Assembly (NCBI GenBank): GCA_965248575.1
Contig: CBDFJQ010000002.1
Span: forward strand, 1,632,001-1,696,000
Direction: 5' to 3'
Source of the DNA: Planctomycetota bacterium
GTDB taxonomy: Bacteria > Planctomycetota > B15-G4
DNA: 64,000 bases
Shown: one piece after another, positions 37,568 to 46,600 of the stretch
Layout: the number at the start of each line of letters is the position of its first letter
How positions within the stretch are numbered: the stretch's first letter is position 1
Program-made: the position numbers and the translations under genes
Notes under the pieces: generated by a model
Database searches by the model: none
Told to the model about the DNA's origin: nothing
Seen by the model: the letters and a program-made list of their open reading frames with translations, nothing else

Positions 37568-38671
37568 GTGAGCCCCAGCGACGTCGCGACACTCTGTGCT
37601 CTCTGCCTGCTCCATACGGCAGTGGCCCTGTGGGTGCTCCTGAGGCCCAAGACGGGTACGACCCTGCTGCATGTGTGCCTCGCTGCCGGCGCTGTCCTGG
37701 CGCTCACCTCGTTGGAGGTGGTGCTGCTCTACGGGCACCGCCTGACCCGGGGCGGTGCCATGCACCTGGCGTGGCTCGACCTGGCCTTGGTGCTGCCCTT
37801 TTCCGGCCTGGGGCTGCTGATCGCCGCGCGCGAAGGGCGCCGCGTCAGCTCGGGCGCCCGCAGAGCGGCGTGGGTGTCCTTCCTGAGCATCCCCTTGGTG
37901 GCCTATGCCCAGTTCATTGCGCCCTACGATGTCGTGCTGGAACAGGCCACGGTGCGCCTCCCCAGCAGCCGCAGCGGCGAATCGCCGCTCATCGTGGGCG
38001 TGCTCTCGGACATGCAGATGGCGCGGGTGTCCGAGCACGAGCGTCAGGCGGTGCGTCGCCTGATGGAGCACGTGCCGGACATCATCCTCTTGCCGGGCGA
38101 CATCTTCGAAGGTTCACCGGAAGCCTTTGTCGAAGCGCTGCCAGAGATCCAACAGTTGCTGTCGTTGCTCACGGCGCCCGGTGGGGTTTGGATCGTCCCG
38201 GGAGACTCTGACGTCTTTGGCCGCTTTGACCAGGTGACCCACGGCACGAGCGCCCGGGTCCTGCGGGACGAGGTGGTCTCGATCAAGGTGCGGGACCGGC
38301 AGGTGCGCATCCTGGGCATCGCACAGGAAGGCGAACCGGAACGGGCCCTACCGGAGTTCGAGTCCTTGGCGGGCGAGGATGACATCCGCCTGGTCCTGGT
38401 GCACCGGCCGCGCAACGTCGAATGGCTCCAGGAGGGTTCGCGGGTGGACCTCGTCATCGCTGGACACACCCACGGGGGACAAGTAGCCATCCCCTTCCTG
38501 GGGCCGCTGTATGTAGGCTCACCCTTGCCCACGAATGTCGCTGCGGGCGGCCTGCACGAGCTGGACGGGCGGCAGCTCTACGTCAGCCGCGGCCTGGGCA
38601 TGGAGCGCCATCAATCGCCTCAGATCCGCTTTTTGTCTCCCCCCGAGATCACCCTGCTGACCCTGCGTTGA
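37568..38671 (+). CDS. Membrane-anchored calcineurin-like metallophosphoesterase (paralogue 2)
   Basis: TM helices; SDMQ, PGDI, GDSD, VHRP, AGHTHGGQV, YVSRGLG. Confidence 0.85.
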   Translation: MSPSDVATLCALCLLHTAVALWVLLRPKTGTTLLHVCLAAGAVLALTSLEVVLLYGHRLTRGGAMHLAWLDLALVLPFSGLGLLIAAREGRRVSSGARRAAWVSFLSIPLVAYAQFIAPYDVVLEQATVRLPSSRSGESPLIVGVLSDMQMARVSEHERQAVRRLMEHVPDIILLPGDIFEGSPEAFVEALPEIQQLLSLLTAPGGVWIVPGDSDVFGRFDQVTHGTSARVLRDEVVSIKVRDRQVRILGIAQEGEPERALPEFESLAGEDDIRLVLVHRPRNVEWLQEGSRVDLVIAGHTHGGQVAIPFLGPLYVGSPLPTNVAAGGLHELDGRQLYVSRGLGMERHQSPQIRFLSPPEITLLTLR

Positions 38672-38689
38672 GGAGGCGCTGAGGCGGCG

Positions 38690-39568
38690 CTACAGGTAGC
38701 CGAAGTGTCGCAGCCCTTCGTCGGCCTCAGCCAACATGTCGGTCTGCTCCTCGGCGGTCATGACCTTCTTCCACTTGTCGTTCCGGCTGCCCAGCTGGGG
38801 AACGAGGTGGGCGTGCTCCTCGCCCCAGGGGATGTCGCAGAAGCCAGCGGCCTTGCGAAGCGTCCCCGCCGCATCGGCCACGAAGTCCTCGTAGCGCACC
38901 GTGAGCACCTGCTCGTGCGGCAAGCTCTGGCAGGCGTCGTCACACACCCGCGTGATGCGCGACCACAGGGCTCCGCTGTAGGCCGCGTAGTTCATGTCGG
39001 CCAGCTCAGGCCACATCTCCCGACCCACATAGGACCATCGCAGGTCTGCCTTCTTGCACTGCTCGAGAATCGAGTTTGCAACGGCTCGGCCGTCTCGCAG
39101 CACGTGGATGATCCGGCAGTTGGGCAGGGCGGCAGCCAACCAGCGGATGCGCAAGGCCATCCCAGGCTTCTTGTTCAGGAACACGGGCCGCCCGAAGTGG
39201 CGGATGTGGTCATTCACCATGCGATGGAGGCGACGCCGCTGGCTGTCGGTGAGGTCCGCTTCCGTGCGCTCCCTGACGCCGGTGGGCCAGAGTCCCTTCC
39301 AGAGCGCCGCTGCCTCGACAGGGCGGTGCGTGCCCCCCAGTTTCTCGGCGATGCGCACCAGGCCGAAGTGGGCCCGGAAGCGGCGCGTCAGGTTCGTCGT
39401 GTACGCGAAGGACGGGTGTTGGCTGAAGGTCTGGAAGAAGACGGAGGTCCCACTGCGGGGACAACCGACGATGAAGACGCTGCGGGGTTCTTCGTGAGGA
39501 GCCACCAAGGGCACTCCAGAATCAGCAGGCGGGGGACGCAGGTGCTCAGCAGCCCCCCGTCCTATCAA
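38690..39568 (-). CDS. PAPS-dependent sulfotransferase
   Basis: 5'-PSB FIVGCPRSGTS, 3'-PB RDGRAVANS, VRYEDFV; start uncertain. Confidence 0.88.
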   Translation of the reverse strand: MIGRGAAEHLRPPPADSGVPLVAPHEEPRSVFIVGCPRSGTSVFFQTFSQHPSFAYTTNLTRRFRAHFGLVRIAEKLGGTHRPVEAAALWKGLWPTGVRERTEADLTDSQRRRLHRMVNDHIRHFGRPVFLNKKPGMALRIRWLAAALPNCRIIHVLRDGRAVANSILEQCKKADLRWSYVGREMWPELADMNYAAYSGALWSRITRVCDDACQSLPHEQVLTVRYEDFVADAAGTLRKAAGFCDIPWGEEHAHLVPQLGSRNDKWKKVMTAEEQTDMLAEADEGLRHFGYL

Positions 39569-40911
39569 GGGGAGCTTTCAGAGGCCAGGGTGCGCTTGCC
39601 CCCCAACCAGGACAGCCCCTGCTCTTCGATCCAGTGATCCATGTCGGAGAGGGCTCGCTCGGCAGCCGCGAGGCGGCGCTCGCGCTTGCCCTTCACCTTG
39701 CGCTCCAGGGGCGGCAAGAGTCCGAAGTTGACGTTCATGGGCTGGAAGTTGCCAGCGTCCGCCTCGCGCAGGTGGGCCAGCAGGCCGCCGACCATGGTCG
39801 TCCGCGGAGGCGGTTCGAACGCGCGCCCTTGCAGGGCAGCCACGACACCGAGGGCCGCCATGAGGCCGGCCGCGGCGCACTCTGCATAGCCCTCCACCCC
39901 AACCAGCAGCCCACCGAACCAGAGATCCCTGCGCGTGCTCAGGGAAAGGTCTGGCTCCAGCAAGGCCGGCGTGTTGAGAAAGGTGTTCCGGTGGATCGAA
40001 CCCAGTCGTGCGAACTCCGCGTGCTCCATGCCAGGCAGCGTTCGGAAGACCCGCTTCTGCTCCCCGTACTTGAGCTTCGTCTGGAACCCCACGAGGTTGT
40101 AGAGCTGTCCGTGGGGGTCCTCCCGGCGCAGCTGCATCACCGCGTAGGGGATCCTCCCCGTGCGCGGGTCAGGGAGACCGACCGGGCGCATCGGCCCGAA
40201 GGCCAAGGTCTGTTCGCCACGCCGCGCAATCTCCTCGACCGGCATGCAGCCTTCGAAGAAGATCTCCTGCTCAAAAGGCTTGGGTTCCACCTTGTCCCCT
40301 TCGAGCAGCTCGCCGACGAACCGGGTGTACTGCTCCTTGTCGAGAGGGCAGTTGAGGAAGTCGGGGCTCCCGCGCCCGTAGCGGCTGGCAGCGTAGAGAA
40401 CGTCGTGGTCCAAGGACTCCGCCGTCACGATCGGTGCGATGGCGTCATAGAACGCGAGGTGCTCCGAGCCCGTCAGCTCGGCGAGGGATGCAGCGAGGCT
40501 GTCCCCCGTCAACGGGCCGGTGGCCAGCAGCGTGGGGCCTGTGGTCGGGACAGCCAGGACCTCGTCGCGGGAGATCTCCACGCCGGGTAGAGCTTCGATC
40601 ACCCTCGACACATGCTCCGAGAACGGCTTCCGTTCCACAGCCAGGGAGGCACCCGCGGGAACGCTGTGTTGCTCGGCGGCAGACACGATCAGGCTTCCCA
40701 GCCTTCGCATTTCCTCAAGCAAGACGCCTTTGCTGGTCTGCGGCGCGATGGATCCGAGCGAGTTGCTGCAGACGATCTCCGCCAGACCACCCGTCTCGTG
40801 TGCGGGCGTCAGGCGGGCCGGGCGCATCTCGTGCAGCCGGACCGGAACACCTGCGGCCGCAAGGACGCGTGTCGCCTCGCTGCCAGCCAGACCGCCGCCC
40901 ACGACGTTCAC
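39565..40911 (-). CDS. trmFO: Folate/FAD-dependent tRNA m5U54 methyltransferase
   Basis: GGGLAGSEA, EMRP, AEIVCSNS, ATGPLT, FYDAIAP, FFEGCMPVE, FGPMRPVGL, YNLVGFQT, HRNTF, FQPMNVNFG; start uncertain (40911-40977). Confidence 0.95.
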   Translation of the reverse strand: MNVVGGGLAGSEATRVLAAAGVPVRLHEMRPARLTPAHETGGLAEIVCSNSLGSIAPQTSKGVLLEEMRRLGSLIVSAAEQHSVPAGASLAVERKPFSEHVSRVIEALPGVEISRDEVLAVPTTGPTLLATGPLTGDSLAASLAELTGSEHLAFYDAIAPIVTAESLDHDVLYAASRYGRGSPDFLNCPLDKEQYTRFVGELLEGDKVEPKPFEQEIFFEGCMPVEEIARRGEQTLAFGPMRPVGLPDPRTGRIPYAVMQLRREDPHGQLYNLVGFQTKLKYGEQKRVFRTLPGMEHAEFARLGSIHRNTFLNTPALLEPDLSLSTRRDLWFGGLLVGVEGYAECAAAGLMAALGVVAALQGRAFEPPPRTTMVGGLLAHLREADAGNFQPMNVNFGLLPPLERKVKGKRERRLAAAERALSDMDHWIEEQGLSWLGGKRTLASESSP

Positions 40912-40943
40912 GATGGACGCGGCTTCCTTCCCGACGTGGTCGC

Positions 40944-41957
40944 TCAGCCTGGGTACTCCAGCAAGACGCAACCCCATGAGTAACCGACCCCGAAGCCGAC
41001 GAGCAGCACCTTGCTGCCTGGCTTCACCCTGCCGGCGTCCATGGCGGAGCGCAAGGCGATGGGGATGCTCGAGGAGATGGTGTTGCCCACCTCGGCGATG
41101 TGCACCACGAACTGTTCGTCCGTCACCTTCAGACGTCGACGCAGGTGTTCCATCATGAACAGGTTCGCCTGATGAAAGACGAACAAGTCGACGTCCGGGA
41201 CGCTCAGCTCACGCTTCTCCAGGAACTCCCGGATGTGAGGCGCCACCGTGCGCAACGTGAAGTCGAAGACGTGCGGACCGTCCATGTGCAGGATCGGCTT
41301 CGACTCTTCGCAGGTCTCGTTGCCGGCGTGACCGCGCACGCCGCTCGTGGGCACGAGCAACTTGCGCGCCCCGCTGCCGTCCGTCCCATAGCTCACGTCC
41401 TCGATGAAGGCACCGCTTGTGGTGCCGTCAGCGTCCACGGCTTCGATCAGGCTCGCCGAGGCACCGTCCCCGAACAGGGTGCGCACATCCTGGCCGCCCT
41501 GCTCCGTGAAGGTCGAGAAGCGATCGCCGGTCAGAAGCAGGACCTTGCGCATGCGACCGGACTCCACCATCCCGGCAGCGATGCCCAGGCCGTAGACGTA
41601 GCCCGAACACCCCAAGCCCACATCCATGGCTGCAACGGACTTGGGCAAGCCCAACGCGTCGTGGATCATCCCCGCCGTGAACGGAACCAGATAGTCAGGC
41701 GTAACCGTCGTGAGCATCATCATGTCGATGCCCTCTCGCCGGGACGGATCCTCCGCGAACAAGGCTTCGGCGGCCTTCACCGCCATGTCGCTCGTGAACT
41801 CGTCCTCGGCAGCAACGTGGCGGGAATCGATCCCGGTCTTGTTGCTGATCTTCTCGGCAGACCACTCCCCATAGTGTTCGAAGATCAGCTCGTTCGTGAG
41901 TCGTGCTTCGGGAAGGTAGGTTCCGACTCCCGTCAGAGCGGCACGCGTGCGCGTCAT
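40944..41957 (-). CDS. 3-oxoacyl-ACP synthase III family (FabH-like)
   Basis: Cys-His-Asn triad: LGCSGY, FHQAN, GNTISSSIP; LFGDGA; GFGVGYSWG. Confidence 0.92.
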   Translation of the reverse strand: MTRTRAALTGVGTYLPEARLTNELIFEHYGEWSAEKISNKTGIDSRHVAAEDEFTSDMAVKAAEALFAEDPSRREGIDMMMLTTVTPDYLVPFTAGMIHDALGLPKSVAAMDVGLGCSGYVYGLGIAAGMVESGRMRKVLLLTGDRFSTFTEQGGQDVRTLFGDGASASLIEAVDADGTTSGAFIEDVSYGTDGSGARKLLVPTSGVRGHAGNETCEESKPILHMDGPHVFDFTLRTVAPHIREFLEKRELSVPDVDLFVFHQANLFMMEHLRRRLKVTDEQFVVHIAEVGNTISSSIPIALRSAMDAGRVKPGSKVLLVGFGVGYSWGCVLLEYPG

Positions 41958-42017
41958 CGAACAGTCTCAAGAGGGTGAGGCGGCCCCGCCTGAGGCCGTC
42001 CGATCGGCATCCGGGGA

Positions 42018-43649
42018 GTGAAGTCGGACCCTAGCAGCTACCCTGAGCATGATCCAGCGAAGCAAGAGCAGGTGCCGGTCGTTAGCATGCTCTCGCGCCC
42101 TCGAGGAGACGCCTGCTTGACGAAGGCACGTGTTGTCGCCGCTGCCATCCTGCTGCTGTCCCTACGCCTCGCCGCGGCGGTGAGGCTCGACCTGTTTGGG
42201 GATGAGGCCTTCTATTGGCAGTGCTCCAGGCAACTCGATTGGGCCTACGCAGACCACCCGTTCATGACCGCAGGCCTGGTGAGGTTGGGCACGGCGCTCT
42301 TTGGCGACAGCCCCCTGGGAGTGCGAAGCCTCTTCCTGCTCCTGGGCTGTCTCATCGCGCCGCTGACGTATGGCCTGGCGCGTCTCATGGTGGACGACCG
42401 GAAGGCCCTCTGGTCGGCAGCGCTCTCGCTGCTCCTGCCCGGCTCTGCGTTGGTCGGCGCCCTGGCCACGCCGGACGTCCCCCTGCTCGTGTTCGGACTG
42501 CTCCAGTTGGTGTTCTTGATACGCGCGCTGCGATCGCCGCCCGACTCTCTGGGGGCCTGGCTCCTCGTCGGGCTCAGCACGGCCCTGGGGCTCGCGACCC
42601 ACTACCGCTTCCTGGTGCTGCTGGCTTGCTGTGGCCTGAGCCTGCTGCTCAGCAATCAGGGCCGGGCCAGGCTCCGGACCCCCGGACCGTGGCTCGCAGC
42701 AGCCCTGGCTGGCCTCGGGCTGCTGCCCGTGTTGATCTTCAACCAAGCGAACGACTATCGCCCGCTGCTGTACCAGTTCGGTGAACGCCATGCTTCGGCC
42801 GCCGGGGTCCTGGGCATTGGCAAGCATGTCCTGCTCCAGGCGATCGTCGTCAGCCCGGCACTCTATGTGGTCCTGCTCGCAACGCTGGGGGAAACGTGGC
42901 GCAGGGCTCGGGAGAGACCACAGGCCGACGTGCTCCTGATCTACTCGGCGCTTCCCCTGGGAATCTATGCCCTCGCCAGCCCCTTCTCGGACTCCAGCCA
43001 CGATAGCGCGCAATGGCCGCTGCATGCGTACCTTCCCCTGCTCGTCTTTGCGCCGAACGTCCTGCAGCACTGGAAGATCGCCCTCGGTTGGCGACCCTGG
43101 ATCGCCCGCGCAGCGCCGAGCCTTGCTGCACTGCTGCTGCTGGGCATTGCCGTTGAGTTGGGGACCGGCTGGTTGGGACTCCGTTTCCTCTCCCGCCCCT
43201 TTGCCGGCTGGAGCGACATCGGTCAGCGTGCCGCAGCCTTGCTCGACGAAGCGCAGAGCTCAGGCGAGCAGCCCCCTTGGATCGTCTGCGATCACTACGT
43301 CCTTGCAGCCGAGGTGGACTTCGCATTGCAGTCAGCACATCCGGTCTACGTTCTCGATCACGAACGCAACGCGGACCACGGCCGGGCTCTGCAATACGAA
43401 CTCTGGGGCAAGCGCCTCCCCGATCTCGTAGACCATGCGGGTCAGGAAGTCCTGATCCTCGTCGAGATCACGGAGACGGGCTACGGCGAACGGGACGCCT
43501 GGCGCAGCGCCATCGAAGCCTGCTTCGAGGAATTCCAGCTGATCGAGAAGGTGGAGATCCCGCTCGAACGGAAACCTCGGAGGGTGGAGTTCTACCGAGG
43601 CCTCGTTCGCACGGGCGCTGACCTCAGCAGGACCAGCTCCGAGCCCTAG
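42018..43649 (+). CDS. GT-C fold glycosyltransferase (ArnT/PMT_2, GT39/83-like)
   Basis: DEAFYW...LDWAYADHP, ATPDVP, multiple TM helices, periplasmic C-tail; start may be 42087. Confidence 0.85.
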   Translation: MKSDPSSYPEHDPAKQEQVPVVSMLSRPRGDACLTKARVVAAAILLLSLRLAAAVRLDLFGDEAFYWQCSRQLDWAYADHPFMTAGLVRLGTALFGDSPLGVRSLFLLLGCLIAPLTYGLARLMVDDRKALWSAALSLLLPGSALVGALATPDVPLLVFGLLQLVFLIRALRSPPDSLGAWLLVGLSTALGLATHYRFLVLLACCGLSLLLSNQGRARLRTPGPWLAAALAGLGLLPVLIFNQANDYRPLLYQFGERHASAAGVLGIGKHVLLQAIVVSPALYVVLLATLGETWRRARERPQADVLLIYSALPLGIYALASPFSDSSHDSAQWPLHAYLPLLVFAPNVLQHWKIALGWRPWIARAAPSLAALLLLGIAVELGTGWLGLRFLSRPFAGWSDIGQRAAALLDEAQSSGEQPPWIVCDHYVLAAEVDFALQSAHPVYVLDHERNADHGRALQYELWGKRLPDLVDHAGQEVLILVEITETGYGERDAWRSAIEACFEEFQLIEKVEIPLERKPRRVEFYRGLVRTGADLSRTSSEP

Positions 43650-43652
43650 GGT

Positions 43653-46600
43653 TCAGTAGGTCGTACGCAAGCGGACGTAATCCGCCTGGGGGCGATAACT
43701 GTCGACGCCGAACGGGTAGTTGATGACGTCCGCACCCACGTCGAAGACCATGCGGAAACGCACCAATGGCATGCCCGAGAGATCGGTCAGGTCCGGCACC
43801 CAAGCCGTGAGTGTGGTGGAATCCGGCACATGCGAACCCGGCCGCACAGCGTAGGCAGCCTGGAACTCCAAGGTCACCGTGGAATTGTTCGAGACCACGT
43901 TCGCCTCGTTGAAGTCCGGCGAGTCGACCTTGATGTCGTTCTTGGGAACACCCGCCAAACCATCCAAGGTGGGGTTGCCCACGGTGTCCTGCACGGGCTT
44001 CAGCGGCTTCCCGGGAATCGACCCCGAAGAGAGAATGACCTGGCCTTCCTTGCCGGGCGGAACGGGGACTCCCGCTGACGCGTGGTAGGTGCCCTTGACC
44101 GCCTCGAAGAAGGGCGGCGGACGTCCGCTGCCATCACGAACGCGCACGGCAACGCCGTTGAAGTCCAACCAACGCGAGACACCCACGCTCGTCGTTCCGA
44201 AGGGAGGCGGTGTCAGGTCCGGATGCACAACCGGCAAACGATTGATCAGGTTGGCGGGGTCGAACACCTGCTGGCCCCCCGCCGTCACCATGGGAACCGT
44301 TCCGCCTGGCTCGTCCAGGGCGATGGGCATGGGCAGGTCGGAACCCACCGGGTAAAGCGTCCCGGGCGGCATGTTGTTCGGGTTCGTTTCCTTCATGGTG
44401 AGGGGATCGAAGCCGTCGTAGGTCTCCAACAACACCTGCGGCGCCGGGTCCCGGACCACGACTTCGCCCTGTGACAAGGGCCCGCTGGTCATGGTCGTGT
44501 CGGCCCAGAACTTGCCTGAGCCCACGGGGAACTCATTGATGAGCCCCTGGCCATCGTCACCATCCGTGCTCGAGATGATGGGTGGGTAGGAGCCGTTGAG
44601 CACGTAATAGCGATTGACGGCGTTATCCGGCTTGTACTGCCGATAGTCCAAGAGATCCACGTAGCGCAGCTGGTCCACGATCTTGTTCGGATCGAACGGG
44701 GCGGTGAAGTCGCCGTGCTCCTTCTGGAAGGAAGCACCCAGGTTCCAGCCGCCGTACTTGGCGACCGAGCGCTGCCATGCGAACAGGAAGGCGCCCTCTT
44801 CCACCACGGGCTTCGTGCCGTTGCCGGTCTGGAGCTGGATCAGGCCGAAACCACCCTGGCCGCCATCGCTTCGAGACCAGTCGCCCGTGAAGAGCTTGAG
44901 GTCGTAGTCCATGCTCGGCGTGAGCGTCTGTGCATCGCGGCCAAATCCACCGGAGACATCCAGGCCCGCACCCTGGTCGCCACTCTTGTCGATGAAGTTC
45001 GCCGAGAGGTGGGATGGATCCGCCTCGATGGTGATTCCCTCCGCGGCCTGCAGCAGGATCGCTCCACCGCTTCCGCCACCACCACCGCCGCCGACGTTGC
45101 TGTTCTGCACCACCTCGCCGCCGCCACCGCTTCCGCCGCTGGCATCAATGTGCCCGGTGCGGCTCACCAAGATGGAGGTGAAGGAACGAATCTCGACGCC
45201 GCCGCCACCGCCACCACCGCCGCCACCCTTGCCGTCAAACAGGCTGGGCGCGAAGTAGGTGTTGTTGATGAACAGTGCCGGAAAGAAGGGAGGTGCCGGA
45301 GGCGGAACGGGCAAGCCCGTCGGCCCGACGCCCCAGATTCCGTGTTGCAAGCTGTCGAGACGGCTTCCACCACCGCCACCGCCCTGCCCACCGAGCAGGA
45401 AGGGGATCTCGCCTGTGGCCCCAATGAAGTCGTTGTTGGGGTTACCGTCCGCAAAGACGAGGTCGCCCGGCAAGCCACCCGGCTTGAAGCGGTTGGGAGC
45501 GGTGCGATCACCGTCCATGTAGACGCACTGCAACGGCGGCGGCGGAGGCGTGAAACCTTGCGCACGGCGCTCCTCGTTACCGTAGGTCGCATCGTCGATC
45601 TTGTTGTTGGTCGCGCACTTCGAGAAGGGGAAATAGGTACTGCTGCTCTGGACGAAGTAGGCCCCCGTTCCTTCGTGGGCCTGCTCGCCTCGGAAGTAGT
45701 ACGTGCCACCACCACCACCTGGCGGACGGTGATGCTCAGAGTTGGGCACCGGTCCAGCTGGCAGAGCGACACCGGTCTTGGGGAAACCTGCAGCGTTCGG
45801 GTCATAGCCCGCCGTCACCAAGCCGCCGTGCCCGCCGATCTCCTGGAAGCTCACCGTGCCTTCGCTTCCAATCACGGGACCCAGGCCACGCTGGGCACGC
45901 TCCGGGCTCACGAACTGGTCGAGAGTGCCGGCGCCGTTGGGATCAAACAGAGACGGCTGTGCATCGCCACCTCGACCTCCGCCCGCCCCGCCGGGACCGC
46001 CGCGAACCGGCAGGAAACCGGAATCAAAGCTGTCGTCGCCCAGGCCATTCGTACCGGAGACATCGAGAATGCCGTGAATCTCGACCTTGCCAACAGCGGT
46101 GATCCGCAGCGGCTTCGAGCCCTTGGCCACCACGTGCACGCCTTCCGGGATGATGAAGTCCCGGAAGACGAAGTGCCCGCCCAACACGGTCACGTTCCCA
46201 AGCGCACCGGGCGTCGCACCCGACGGCAAGGGGAACTGCTGGACGTCCGTGTCCAGCAAGATCACCTCGAAGTTGGTCTGGGTCAGATCCAGCAGGCTCT
46301 CCGCGTGATCGGTGACGAGGTGCGCCCCAACCCACGGCAACTTGGCCCGGAGATAGGCCTTGCTGGGATCGAAGTTGCTAGCAGCCTGGGGCAGGAAGTC
46401 TCCCAACTGCGCAGACTCAGCCACGCCAACAGAAGCGCGCAGTCCACTCGTCGTGCCGCCGCCCGGAATGGAGAGCGCCCATTCGGCCTTGGGGTTGTCG
46501 CTCAACACGCCCTCGTCCTCGAAGACGACTGAGTCGAACTCCTCGAGGAAGACGTCGTCGATGGCGGCGGCAGGGCCCGCCGTGGGATCCGCGGTGCGCA

